Shown: positions 1-9,075, numbered from the stretch's first letter. The stretch is DNA of 64,000 nt from a virus (IMGVR_UViG_3300050011_000047:14132-78131), one strand, 5' to 3'. Made by a program: numbers and translations. The notes: generated by a model not told the origin, from the sequence alone.

Positions 1-419
1 GCGCCGTCCACAACGCGCTCGACGTGCTGCTCGCGCCGTCGATGGGCGAAGGGTTCGGCGTCCCGCTCATCGAGGCGCAGGCGTGCGGCACCCCCGCCAT
101 CGTGACGAACTTCTCGGCCATGCCCGAGGTCGCACCCGCGAGCGCGGGCAACTGGAACGTGGACGGGCAGTTGCAGTGGACGGGATTCAAGTCCTGGCAG
201 ATGACACCGAACATCGAGCACATCGTGGCCTCGCTCGAAGAAGCGTATGCCGACTCCGCCGAGCAGCGGCAGGCGCGGCGTGTGTCTACCTTCCAGCACG
301 CACACAGGTACTACCGCTCGGACGACATCGTGCGTGACCACTGGAAACCCACTATCGAGGCCGCGCGTGCGGAGCGCGCGTGGCGCGGGCAGAAGATGCG
401 GAGGTTCGCTGATGCTTAA
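1..419 (+). CDS. glycosyltransferase family 1 (GT4-like), C-terminal part; 5' end lies upstream of the window
   Basis: Frame starts at nt 3. Translation ...LLAPSMGEGFGVPLIEAQACGTPAIVTNFSAMPEV matches the GT1/GT4 C-terminal EX7E-type motif. Stop TAA at 417-419. Confidence 0.6.
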   Translation, partial: AVHNALDVLLAPSMGEGFGVPLIEAQACGTPAIVTNFSAMPEVAPASAGNWNVDGQLQWTGFKSWQMTPNIEHIVASLEEAYADSAEQRQARRVSTFQHAHRYYRSDDIVRDHWKPTIEAARAERAWRGQKMRRFADA

Positions 420-864
420 AGTTTGTGCCGCTCAGGGATGTATGAACACCTTTCAACCATTCAGACGAAAAATATACTGCACCCCTGAATGTAGAGGACG
501 TGAATCAAGACTCCGCAATGCAACGTACATCCGTGAGTGGAAGCGAGACAATCGCCCTAGGTTAAATACCTATGCTCGCACATGGGGTTCCAAAAATCGA
601 GACAAACTTTCACAGTACAATCGGAATGCTCGTTTCCGCCGATATGGGATAACGCACGAGCAGTTTCTTGAGATGCTTGATGCGCAGCAAGGATTGTGTG
701 CTATCTGCCATACAAATGATACAGGGAAGAAGGATTGGAGGATAGACCACGATCATCAAACAGGAGCGATTCGTGGTCTATTGTGTGGGCCTTGTAATGG
801 TGCACTTGGGTTTCTAGAGCGAAGCGGCTGGTTAATCTCGGCGCAGAGGTACTTAGATGGGTAG
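412..864 (+). CDS. HNH (endonuclease VII-like) homing endonuclease in a low-GC island
   Basis: ATG 412 overlaps the upstream stop (ATGCTTAA). Translation has CxxC plus ...CAICHTNDTGKKDWRIDHDHQTGAIRGLLCGPCNGALG (H-N-H, Zn-binding Cys pairs). GC content drops sharply over 420-900. Confidence 0.6.
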   Translation: MLKVCAAQGCMNTFQPFRRKIYCTPECRGRESRLRNATYIREWKRDNRPRLNTYARTWGSKNRDKLSQYNRNARFRRYGITHEQFLEMLDAQQGLCAICHTNDTGKKDWRIDHDHQTGAIRGLLCGPCNGALGFLERSGWLISAQRYLDG

Positions 865-1882
865 GGTGCTTCTTTGTCTCGCACATTCAATAGAAGAACA
901 TGACCAACTCCGCCTCCTTCATGGGCTCGGTTACGATGTCGCCTCGCTCGGCGGCTACATTGATCCACGAGTCCCGCATGATGACAAACGCCCGGCACTC
1001 GACATCCCGCAAGTCGATGTCGTGCGCGAGTCCGTCGATGCGCTCGGCGTCGATGACAATATCGGCGCGGCGCAGGCGCACATCCCGGAGCCGATCCTCG
1101 AATGGCTCGGTGCCGACGGCATCATCATCTACCACCACTACCTCGAACGACTGTTCGCGCAGTGGCCGCACTTGGGCGATTGGCGCTCGGGCGGCGGGCG
1201 TGTCGTGTGGCGTACCGTCGGGCAGTCCGTCGAACCAAACGAGCGGCGAGCCAAGCCATTCGTCCATGACGGGCTAGAAGTTGTCCGCTACTCCCCGAAG
1301 GAGCGGAACATCCCCTCGTACTCCGGCGAGTCCGCGCTCATCCGCTTCTACAAAGACCCCGAGGAGTGGACGGGGTGGACGGGTACCGCCGAGGGTGTAA
1401 TCAACTTCACGCAGGACATGCTTGCGCGCGAGTCCTTCTGCAACTACGGGTTTTGGAAGACGGCGACGGCGGCGCTCCCGGCGAAGGTTCTTGGGCCGGG
1501 CTCCGAGCAGATTGGTGGGCCGGGCAAGGTGAGCGAACCCGAGATGCAGTCGTGGCTACGGCAGGCGCGGTGCTACCTCTACACCGGCACGCAGCCTGCC
1601 TCGTACACGCTCGGCCTGCTCGAAGCGATGATGACCGGCTGCCCCGTCGTGAGCATCGGCCCCAAGTGGATGACGCACTTCCCCTACGGGCCTGACATGT
1701 TCGAGGGCCACGAACTCGCGGGCCTATGGGACGAGAGCCCGACGAATGCTCGCAGCATGCTGCGCGCGCTCCTCGAAGATCACGACCTTGCGCGCGAAGT
1801 CTCCGAGCGGCAGCAGTCACGCACACGCGCCGAGTTCGGCATGGAGCCGGTCGGACGCGCGTGGGCGGCGTTCCTCGGTTGA
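857..1882 (+). CDS. glycosyltransferase family 1
   Basis: 341 aa. C-terminal ...QPASYTLGLLEAMMTGCPVVSIGP... is typical of GT1/GT4 nucleotide-sugar binding. ATG 857 overlaps the HNH stop. Confidence 0.6.
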   Translation: MGRVLLCLAHSIEEHDQLRLLHGLGYDVASLGGYIDPRVPHDDKRPALDIPQVDVVRESVDALGVDDNIGAAQAHIPEPILEWLGADGIIIYHHYLERLFAQWPHLGDWRSGGGRVVWRTVGQSVEPNERRAKPFVHDGLEVVRYSPKERNIPSYSGESALIRFYKDPEEWTGWTGTAEGVINFTQDMLARESFCNYGFWKTATAALPAKVLGPGSEQIGGPGKVSEPEMQSWLRQARCYLYTGTQPASYTLGLLEAMMTGCPVVSIGPKWMTHFPYGPDMFEGHELAGLWDESPTNARSMLRALLEDHDLAREVSERQQSRTRAEFGMEPVGRAWAAFLG

Positions 1883-2565
1883 GCGTCGCGCCGTTCACCG
1901 AAGGCGGGCCACCGCCCGTCGGCCCGCCGCATGAACTGCGGGCTATCCCTCCCGCACCGTATCGCACGGAGCCCCTGTTCCCCGGCCCCGAGCGCGGGCA
2001 GAAGGCGCTCCTGCTCGTAGCGCACCCGGACGACGAGACGTTGTTCGCGGGCGGCGCGCTCCTGCATTACCCCGGTTGGGATTGGCATATCGTCTGCATG
2101 ACCGGCGTCGAGGAGCGGCGCACGCAGTTCGACGCAGCGATGCAGATGTACCGGGACTCGGGAGTCAACATCGCGTACACGCGCAACCACGAGTTCATCG
2201 ACCGAGCGCATCTCCCTGACCGGCGACTGTGGCTCGCGGCGCTCGCGAAGGAGAACTGCTCGTGGGACATCGTGCTCACGCACGGCGCGCGAGGCGAGTA
2301 CGGCCACCATCATCACATTTGGCTCAACCACATCGCGCATCTCCTCTACGAGAACGTGTGGGACTTCTTCAACCCCGGCGCGAAGGTTGAGCAGATAGTC
2401 AAGACGAACACTGTGATGGTGCCGACCGAGCGGCGCAAGTCCCTCATCTTTGACACGGCATACGCGGGGATTGCTCGTGGCATCCGCGAGAACGCGCCGT
2501 ACCTTGCACAGTCGCAGTTGTCGGGCGAGCCCGAGTTCTTCACGCAAGCGGTGCTCGGGTTGTGA
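1861..2565 (+). CDS. PIG-L/LmbE family N-acetylglucosaminyl deacetylase
   Basis: ALLLVAHPDDETLFAGGALL is the PIG-L signature, with His-rich motifs downstream (HGARGEYGHHHH). Start uncertain: GTG 1861 or TTG 1879 (TTGA overlap with the upstream stop). Confidence 0.6.
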   Translation: MGGVPRLSVAPFTEGGPPPVGPPHELRAIPPAPYRTEPLFPGPERGQKALLLVAHPDDETLFAGGALLHYPGWDWHIVCMTGVEERRTQFDAAMQMYRDSGVNIAYTRNHEFIDRAHLPDRRLWLAALAKENCSWDIVLTHGARGEYGHHHHIWLNHIAHLLYENVWDFFNPGAKVEQIVKTNTVMVPTERRKSLIFDTAYAGIARGIRENAPYLAQSQLSGEPEFFTQAVLGL

Positions 2566-3383
2566 GTCGCGCAGTCTTCCTCCCGACTCCGGGCGATCCG
2601 TTCCTTGTCTCGTATTGGCTGCGTGAGTATGCGGCATGGAAGCAGCACACGGATCGGCTCTACGTCCACATGTCATTCCCTCAGGAGCCGGAAGTAGCCG
2701 AACGTCTCCGCGCGGACATCGAGGCCGCAGGCGGCGTGTGTGTTCTTCCGCCCGACGTTGTGCCTCGCGAGCACGGTCAGGCGCTCAACGCGCTGCTCGA
2801 TCAGTGCGAGGAGGATGTCGTGTTCATGTGCGAGGACGACCTCTACATCCGCAATCCCGAGATGGTGCGTCGATACTTCGAGCGCGTCGAGGCGCAAAGC
2901 ACAGTGATCGGGCGTCCTCGTGGCTCGATGTCGATGGAGATTGTCAACGCGCTGCACAGTCAGTACCCACAGGGTGCGGGCCTGTGGCCGTTCTTATTCG
3001 CACGTGTCGAAGACCTCCGCCGACTGAGTGAGCCGTTCGGTGCTCGTTGGTGGGCCGCAGGCGAGACGATCAAGGGCGTGAACTACACGTGCATCGAGGC
3101 GTGCAATGCAGACACGTTCGGCGCGGCGTCGATGGAACTTCGCGGGCTTGTGCCGGTCGAGGTCGGAGAGAGCGAGCAGCGCGGTGGGTGGCATCACGCG
3201 GGCAGTCTCTCCTCCGGGCCGTACACAAAGGACTACGAGCATGTGCGCGCGGCGGCATTCTCGTGGCGAGTCCGAGTCGGGTGGTGGGAGAAGTTCCACG
3301 CCACATGGCCGGGAGGACTCCCGGAGCAGTACGCGGCCTACGGTCAGGCGCTCGACCGCCTCCATGCTACTCTCCGGTCATGA
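2562..3383 (+). CDS. hypothetical protein of the glycosylation cassette (possible DxD-type sugar transferase)
   Basis: GTG start overlaps the upstream TGA (GTGA). Translation has VVFMCEDDLYI (DxD-like). No firm family assignment. Confidence 0.4.
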   Translation: MSRAVFLPTPGDPFLVSYWLREYAAWKQHTDRLYVHMSFPQEPEVAERLRADIEAAGGVCVLPPDVVPREHGQALNALLDQCEEDVVFMCEDDLYIRNPEMVRRYFERVEAQSTVIGRPRGSMSMEIVNALHSQYPQGAGLWPFLFARVEDLRRLSEPFGARWWAAGETIKGVNYTCIEACNADTFGAASMELRGLVPVEVGESEQRGGWHHAGSLSSGPYTKDYEHVRAAAFSWRVRVGWWEKFHATWPGGLPEQYAAYGQALDRLHATLRS

Positions 3384-4021
3384 GCATCGTCACCTTCCCG
3401 TCCGGGCTCAAGTGGGATGTCCGGGATGACACGACTGATTGGAACACCGTCTACGCTGCCGGTGCCGACGGCGATGAGTACGGGCTCACCGGGGTGAATG
3501 TAAACGAGGCGCTCGTCTTCGACATTGGATCACACATCGGCGGGTGTGGGGTGTGGCTCGCTACTCGGAATGCGCGAGTCGTGTTCGTGGAGCCGATCCC
3601 GGAGAACGTCGAGGGGATCAGGCGCAACCTCTATCTCAACGGAGCGCATGCGCTTGGCATCGTGGAAGCAGCCGTCGGGACGGATCGCATCTGTCTCGGC
3701 CCGCCGGGAGATGCGCACGAGTACATCGGCGGTATGACCGGCGTATCTGACGACGACTCCCGTTGGCTCAATGTCGGGCGCACGACGTTCGACAAACTCG
3801 CTCAACGCTATGGCGTGCCGGACATCGTGAAGATCGACTGCGAGGGAGGCGAATGGGAAGTGCTGCGTAGCGTGAACATCCGCGCCGTTCCGCTCATCGT
3901 GGGCGAGTATCACCCGCTCGACGCCTATCGCGGCCCGAACATCGCGGTCATGCTTCCCGATCACGACGTGACCATCGGAGAGAGTCCCGATCTTGGCGGC
4001 TTCCGCGCGGTGCGCCGATGA
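3380..4021 (+). CDS. FkbM-family SAM-dependent methyltransferase
   Basis: ATGA overlap with the upstream gene. VFDIGSHIGGCGVWLA ... VKIDCEGGEWEVL are hallmark FkbM motifs. Confidence 0.6.
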   Translation: MSIVTFPSGLKWDVRDDTTDWNTVYAAGADGDEYGLTGVNVNEALVFDIGSHIGGCGVWLATRNARVVFVEPIPENVEGIRRNLYLNGAHALGIVEAAVGTDRICLGPPGDAHEYIGGMTGVSDDDSRWLNVGRTTFDKLAQRYGVPDIVKIDCEGGEWEVLRSVNIRAVPLIVGEYHPLDAYRGPNIAVMLPDHDVTIGESPDLGGFRAVRR

Positions 4022-4563
4022 GCCCGGAGGAGCAGATCGCTTACTTCAAGGTTGCGAAGACTTGTGAGGTTGACGGCGACATCGTAGAGTGCGGCGTCTA
4101 CAACGGGGACTCTCTTTGCGCGATCACGTCGGCGCTCCCCGGACGCAGGGTGTGGGCATACGACTCCTTCGAGGGCTTCCCGCCGGGCAATCCTCTGCAT
4201 GATGACCCCGTGGCGCTCGGGCTCGCGGGTGCGGTAGTCGGGCATCCGTCGCAGGTAGCGCGGCAACTCCACGGGCTCGCAGGAGAACTACAGATTCGCG
4301 CCGGGTGGTTCGCGGAGACGTTCCTACTTCCGCTACCCGAGCGCATCGCGATACTGAGTGTGGATTGCGACCTCTACGACTCCGTGCTCCTGACGCTGCG
4401 CACGATGGCAAACCGCGTCGTGTCCGGCGGCATCATCACCGTGGATGATTGGACGTGCTTCGAGGGTTGCCGTGCGGCGGTTTACGATTGGGTGATCGAA
4501 AGCGGCGAGCGTCCGCTACTCACGACGTTCGGTACCGGGCAAGCGTACTGGCGTGTGTCATGA
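4018..4563 (+). CDS. TylF/MycF-like (macrocin-O-methyltransferase family) O-methyltransferase
   Basis: 181 aa. ...DIVECGVYNGDSL... and ...LSVDCDLYDSV...GGIITVDDW resemble class I SAM O-MTs of the TylF family. ATGA translational coupling. Confidence 0.55.
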   Translation: MSPEEQIAYFKVAKTCEVDGDIVECGVYNGDSLCAITSALPGRRVWAYDSFEGFPPGNPLHDDPVALGLAGAVVGHPSQVARQLHGLAGELQIRAGWFAETFLLPLPERIAILSVDCDLYDSVLLTLRTMANRVVSGGIITVDDWTCFEGCRAAVYDWVIESGERPLLTTFGTGQAYWRVS

Positions 4564-5636
4564 ACGTTCTTGTGGACAGGCATCATGCCGGTCTTTTGTA
4601 CTCCCTTCAACTTCTCTTTGAGGATAGGTTGGGTCTAGACTTGTATATTCCGATTGGCTCGCAGTGGTGGGACTTGGGCGTGTGGCAGTTCGGCAAGGGC
4701 TACGGTGATGACCGGCTCGCGCAGCAGTATCTCTCGATCAACAATGCCGAACTCATCCTCGGGCTAGATGAGGCCACACCTGCACGCGAGGCCGTCGAGG
4801 GTGACGGGCATTACGTGCTGCGCGACATGGCCGAGTATCCCGAGCGGGACATCCGCTGCGTCACGATGGAGCAGTACAAGAACCTCGGAGAGTGGGCCTA
4901 CGTCGTCGCCACCGTGCCGGACAACGCGCCCGGCTTCGCAACACTCGCGAAGTACAGCGGCGCGAAGTTCGTCTATCAGGTGGGCAACCACAATCAGTTC
5001 ATCGACTGGACTCTTAACCCCATCGTGCTCTCGTCATCCGAGGCCGACCTCCGAGGCTCGACCAAGGCCGTAGCGATCCACCAAGAGTTCGAGAAGGACA
5101 CCGTGTTCCGCTACCGGCCCCCGTCGTACACGTACCAAGACCGCTGCTCGACCGGCTCGTTCGTCAACTGCTTCAACCGCATCCCACGCGAGTTGGGCTA
5201 CTGGACGGAGACGCGCGACATCCTCGACCCCTATGGGTGGTGCTTCGCGATGCACGGCTCCGACGGCGACGACGGCAAGGTGGGGCCGTGCGCGACGCTC
5301 GCGGACAAGATCGCAGAGTTCGGGTTCGGGTGGCACGACAAACCACACGGCGACGGCTTCGGCCACGTGATCCACTACCTCGCGTCCGTGGGCCGTCCGC
5401 TCGTCGGCAACGCGGCGAACTACAAGGGCCTGTTCGCGGAGGGCTTGTGGGAGGACGGCGTGACGGCAGTCGATACCGGCAAGCGCAGCCCGGCGGAGAC
5501 GGCGGAGATTCTCCGCGACATCGCGAGCGATCCCGACATCCACAACGAGATGTGTAAGGCCATCCGCGAGCGCGTGGACACCCTCTGCGACTTCGACGCC
5601 GAGGAACTCCTCGTGCGCGACGTGCTCGGGCTCTAA
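4560..5636 (+). CDS. hypothetical protein, last gene of the glycosylation cassette
   Basis: ATG 4560 (ATGA overlap). 358 aa. C-terminal ...GHVIHYLASVGRPLVGNAANYKGLF... is faintly GT-like. High GC3. Confidence 0.4.
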   Translation: MNVLVDRHHAGLLYSLQLLFEDRLGLDLYIPIGSQWWDLGVWQFGKGYGDDRLAQQYLSINNAELILGLDEATPAREAVEGDGHYVLRDMAEYPERDIRCVTMEQYKNLGEWAYVVATVPDNAPGFATLAKYSGAKFVYQVGNHNQFIDWTLNPIVLSSSEADLRGSTKAVAIHQEFEKDTVFRYRPPSYTYQDRCSTGSFVNCFNRIPRELGYWTETRDILDPYGWCFAMHGSDGDDGKVGPCATLADKIAEFGFGWHDKPHGDGFGHVIHYLASVGRPLVGNAANYKGLFAEGLWEDGVTAVDTGKRSPAETAEILRDIASDPDIHNEMCKAIRERVDTLCDFDAEELLVRDVLGL

Positions 5637-5687
5637 TCCCTCGAACGAGGGAGAGACAACTCCCGGCTCCTGCCCGATACTGAGGGC
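5637..5687 (+). promoter_or_regulatory. palindrome TCCCTCG-AA-CGAGGGA (5637-5652), then -10-like GATACT (5676-5681) 6 nt before ATG 5688: probable leaderless promoter with an operator
   Basis: The same architecture is found in reverse orientation at 30949-30998 (palindrome, 22-23 nt, GATACT, 6 nt, ATGGAC). Confidence 0.4.
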
Positions 5688-5867
5688 ATGGACAACTTCG
5701 ATACACCCGAGAGCGCGTGGGATTCCGAGTCACGGCGCTCACCCTTCTGCACCGTGTGGTCACCCGAGCAGGACGACGACGCCGAGTGGCAGCGCAACTA
5801 CGACAAGGCGATGTCGATATGGGGTCAGGAAGACCTCGCAGACGAGTACGCGGACGCGAGGGCATAA
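5688..5867 (+). CDS. small acidic hypothetical protein (59 aa)
   Basis: MDNFDTPESAWDSESRR... High GC3. TAATG overlap with the next gene. Below the ORF-track size cutoff. Confidence 0.35.
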   Translation: MDNFDTPESAWDSESRRSPFCTVWSPEQDDDAEWQRNYDKAMSIWGQEDLADEYADARA

Positions 5868-6076
5868 TGATCGAGGTCAAGGTTTACGCGGGCGCGGCAC
5901 TGCTCTCGCAGGTCTTCGACATCGAAGACCCCGAGACGGCAGTGTTCGCGGCGCAGACGATGTGGGACGACGCGCTCCGCGCGACGTGCTGCCAGGGCTA
6001 CGAGAAGACGATGCGTGCGACGTTCGCAGTGGACGGCGCTCTCGTGCGGATGATCGAAGGGCGGCGTCCCCGATGA
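5867..6076 (+). CDS. hypothetical protein
   Basis: MIEVKVYAGAALLSQVFDIEDPETAVFAAQTMWDDALRATCCQGYEK... Translationally coupled to its neighbours. Confidence 0.4.
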   Translation: MIEVKVYAGAALLSQVFDIEDPETAVFAAQTMWDDALRATCCQGYEKTMRATFAVDGALVRMIEGRRPR

Positions 6077-6240
6077 TCGAGCGCACTTGCTTCTCAGACA
6101 CCGGGTGCGGCGAGACGCCGTGCGTGTGCAGGCCCGAGCGCGAGCAGGAGTGGCCCGATCACGGACTCGAAGACACGCACGACTTCACCCCCGCCGATTG
6201 GGACTGCGGACTCGGGGAGGTTGACTGTGGCGGCGAGTGA
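6073..6240 (+). CDS. small Cys-rich hypothetical protein
   Basis: ATGA overlap. MIERTCFSDTGCGETPCVCRPE...DWDCGLGEVDCGGE. Confidence 0.35.
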   Translation: MIERTCFSDTGCGETPCVCRPEREQEWPDHGLEDTHDFTPADWDCGLGEVDCGGE

Positions 6241-6346
6241 TAAGCCCCGGCCCGAGATTGGCTCGGACGCTTGGATCGCGGCGGAGATTGCCGCCGGGCG
6301 ACCGCCCGAGGAGAAGGATCGGCCTCCCGTTCGCTAGAATACGGGC

Positions 6347-6577
6347 ATGAGCGGATTCTCCACGAAGGTAGTCGAACTCGACAACGCCGGACACGGCAGC
6401 GTCACCGTCGGCCCCGCGCTGTACTACGGGCAGCAGGGTGCGACCGGCGTCACGAACGACGGCGACGACCTCGGGACGGTGCTGCTCACGCAGGCCACTG
6501 CGCGGTTCGTCGTGGGCGAGGTCGATGTGTCCGGCCCGGCGAACACCGAAGCAGCCCTGTACTTCGCGTTCGGCTAG
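6347..6577 (+). CDS. hypothetical protein
   Basis: 76-aa ORF with high GC3, in the gene-dense plus-strand block. Confidence 0.35.
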   Translation: MSGFSTKVVELDNAGHGSVTVGPALYYGQQGATGVTNDGDDLGTVLLTQATARFVVGEVDVSGPANTEAALYFAFG

Positions 6578-6595
6578 GCTGCTACCCTCCGGGGT

Positions 6596-7126
6596 ATGGC
6601 TTGGCTCGTAGTCCTCGGCACCGGCACATGGAGTGCGCCGGGCCTTACGAAGACCACGTTCAAGGCGAGCGTCTGTAAGTCCTCAGGACGTGCCTACGAG
6701 GTAGACGACGCGGTGGCTGCCGAGGCCACCGGGACGGGCTACGATTGGCTGCTCGTCTTCGACACGGAGCCCGTGCTCGATGTGAGCGATCCCACCGGCC
6801 CGCTCGAACCGGACGACATCAAGGTAGGCGTCTCCGGCGGCGTCCGGCTCGCGGTGCTCGACGGCGGGGCCGAGCCCGAGGAGGAGGACTACCCCGATCC
6901 CGAGGCCCCCGAGATGGCGCACGGCTGCTCGTGGTGCGTCCGCTCGTTCCCCTCGTCCGGCGCACTCGGGCGGCACATCGAGTTCGAGCACACCTACCGG
7001 CACGACGCCGACGTGGCGGCGAGCATCGCGGAGCACGAGGCCCGGCAGTCCGAGCGTGCGGCGCTCCGCCGGTTGAAGGACGCCGAGGAGCCGCTGCCCC
7101 CGTGGGAGCGCGAGGTAGACTCATAG
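6596..7126 (+). CDS. hypothetical protein with a C2H2-like zinc finger
   Basis: ...HGCSWCVRSFPSSGALGRHIEFEH fits C-X2-C-X12-H-X4-H. Confidence 0.4.
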   Translation: MAWLVVLGTGTWSAPGLTKTTFKASVCKSSGRAYEVDDAVAAEATGTGYDWLLVFDTEPVLDVSDPTGPLEPDDIKVGVSGGVRLAVLDGGAEPEEEDYPDPEAPEMAHGCSWCVRSFPSSGALGRHIEFEHTYRHDADVAASIAEHEARQSERAALRRLKDAEEPLPPWEREVDS

Positions 7127-7127
7127 C

Positions 7128-7778
7128 ATGGCGCTCTCGTCGCTCGAAGAAGTCAACCGCATCCTCGGCTTCACGACCGGGGACAACCCGACGCGAGACG
7201 CCAAGGTGCGGGCCGAACTCTCAGCCGTCGAGTCGTGGGCCGAGACGGCCCTGTGGAAGATCAGCGTCGAGGGGCCGAACGTCGAGGTCTACTATGACGT
7301 GGTGGAGGACGCCACTCTGTTCCTCCCGGCGGGCGACATCACCGTGACCAAGGTCAAGATCGTTCCCTACGTCGCGGGCGACGACGGCTTCTACTTCATC
7401 TACATCAACTCCTCCTCCTCGACCGGCCAGGGCTACGACCTCGATGACCAAGGGCGGCTCATGCTGCGCCCGATGAAGACGTTTGCGCCGTTCGATGGCG
7501 CACGCGCGAACCGGCTGCTCATCACCTACGCGCGAGTCGAGGTTCACTACGAGGGCACGGGCGTCGTACCGCGTGCCGTCTCCGAGGGGATCGCGTTCCT
7601 CACGGCGGGCTATCACGCCTACGGGCCGAAGGCGCTCGCGGCGATCAAGTCGGAGCGCATCGGTGACTACAACTACACGCTCGGCGGCATCGGGCCGGGC
7701 GAGGAGTTGCCGTACATGCAACAAGCCATGTTCTTCCTCAAGAGGTTCATCAAGACTCAGCGCGTCCGGGTGATCTAA
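7128..7778 (+). CDS. putative head-tail adaptor/connector protein
   Basis: First of four consecutive small structural-type genes before the major tail protein. Call is by position only. Confidence 0.35.
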   Translation: MALSSLEEVNRILGFTTGDNPTRDAKVRAELSAVESWAETALWKISVEGPNVEVYYDVVEDATLFLPAGDITVTKVKIVPYVAGDDGFYFIYINSSSSTGQGYDLDDQGRLMLRPMKTFAPFDGARANRLLITYARVEVHYEGTGVVPRAVSEGIAFLTAGYHAYGPKALAAIKSERIGDYNYTLGGIGPGEELPYMQQAMFFLKRFIKTQRVRVI

Positions 7779-7779
7779 C

Positions 7780-8178
7780 GTGGGCTTCGAGGCCCTGCTC
7801 ATCCACGAGTTGCAGGTGTACCGGCGCACGGGCGAGGTAGACAACTTCGGGCAGCCGAAGTCGATCAACCCCCGGCAGCACGAGATTGACGGCGAGACGC
7901 TCGTCCACACGTACCCGTGTCGCGCGTTCATGAGCGCGGGCGGGCTCCGCATGAACGAGCGGATGATCGACACGTTCGAGCGGCAGTTCACGGTCTTCAC
8001 GAGCATCGACGTGGACATCAACGAGGACGATGCGCTGCGTGCTATCGGCGTGGACGGCCATCTCATCTTCGGGCTCTCCAAGATCAAGGACTCCGAGACG
8101 AAGTACGACTCGACCGGCCCGCATCACTGCGAGTACACGATTTGGGAGCAGGCCGGGCCGGGCAAGGCGGCGGGCTAG
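7780..8178 (+). CDS. putative head closure / head-tail joining protein
   Basis: 132 aa, GTG start directly after the upstream stop. Call is by position and size. Confidence 0.4.
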   Translation: MGFEALLIHELQVYRRTGEVDNFGQPKSINPRQHEIDGETLVHTYPCRAFMSAGGLRMNERMIDTFERQFTVFTSIDVDINEDDALRAIGVDGHLIFGLSKIKDSETKYDSTGPHHCEYTIWEQAGPGKAAG

Positions 8179-8179
8179 G

Positions 8180-8596
8180 ATGGCGATGGTATCCCGCACG
8201 TGGAACGGCCTCACGATCCAATCGAAGATCGACCGCGCAGCCGGGCGGGCCATCGTCGGCGTCGGCGTGCTCGCGTCCGTCGAGACGAAGCGCGTCACGC
8301 ACAAGATCACCGGCACGCTCGCCCGCTCCGTCCACGCGGCGGAGCCGATGGAGTACCATGAGTTGGATGAACAAGATGCCGCAGGAGGCGCTGACCTCAT
8401 GGAGAACGTAGGCGAGTTGCACGCCGGGAAGATTCCCTTCGGGCGCGTCATCGAAGTGGGCTCGTGGATCAGTTACGCATGCGCCGAGTGGGTTGGGCGC
8501 GGGCACCCCGGCGTCACGCAGGGGCTCGAAGTCACGCGCGGCGCACGCACGGACGCCATCGTCAAACAGGCGTTCATCGAGGAGGGGCTCGCGTAA
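8180..8596 (+). CDS. HK97 gp10-like tail completion (neck) protein
   Basis: MAMVSRTWNGL...ITGTLARSVH... resembles the HK97 gp10 family N-terminal pattern. ATG 8180. Confidence 0.45.
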   Translation: MAMVSRTWNGLTIQSKIDRAAGRAIVGVGVLASVETKRVTHKITGTLARSVHAAEPMEYHELDEQDAAGGADLMENVGELHAGKIPFGRVIEVGSWISYACAEWVGRGHPGVTQGLEVTRGARTDAIVKQAFIEEGLA

Positions 8597-9075
8597 TGCC
8601 GTCCGGGCTCCCGCCGATCAGCCCCGCCGAGTTGACTGCCGACCTCATCCGCCGGTACGGCTCCGCCATCACGAACGAGGGCTATGCCCTCGTGGTAGGC
8701 CCGGCCACGGACGCGCAACAACAACAGGGCGTCGTAACGCTCATGGCGGCGGGCTTGCCGTTGATCGAGAAGTACGCGCCGTTGCAGTGGCACCGCTCGC
8801 AGGCGCGGTGCATCGCGGGCGACCTCATCACCGCCGACATCATCGCGCAGTTGGTGCAGCGCGACACGCACGGAGTCATCCGCAAGTTGTGCTTCCAGAA
8901 GCCGAAGGCCGAGTACCCCGAGGACACGGGGCGGTGGTTCCTCGTGCACATGGCGAACGTCACCGCCGGGCCGTCGCACCACTACGACTCACCCGAGACG
9001 TGGGAGTCGCTCCTGTTCATCGAGATGATGATTGGCACGGACGCCGTGGCGACCGGGCCTGACTTCCCCCAATAG
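8596..9075 (+). CDS. putative tail terminator protein
   Basis: ATGA-coupled to the gp10-like gene. Call is by position before the major tail protein. Confidence 0.35.
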   Translation: MPSGLPPISPAELTADLIRRYGSAITNEGYALVVGPATDAQQQQGVVTLMAAGLPLIEKYAPLQWHRSQARCIAGDLITADIIAQLVQRDTHGVIRKLCFQKPKAEYPEDTGRWFLVHMANVTAGPSHHYDSPETWESLLFIEMMIGTDAVATGPDFPQ

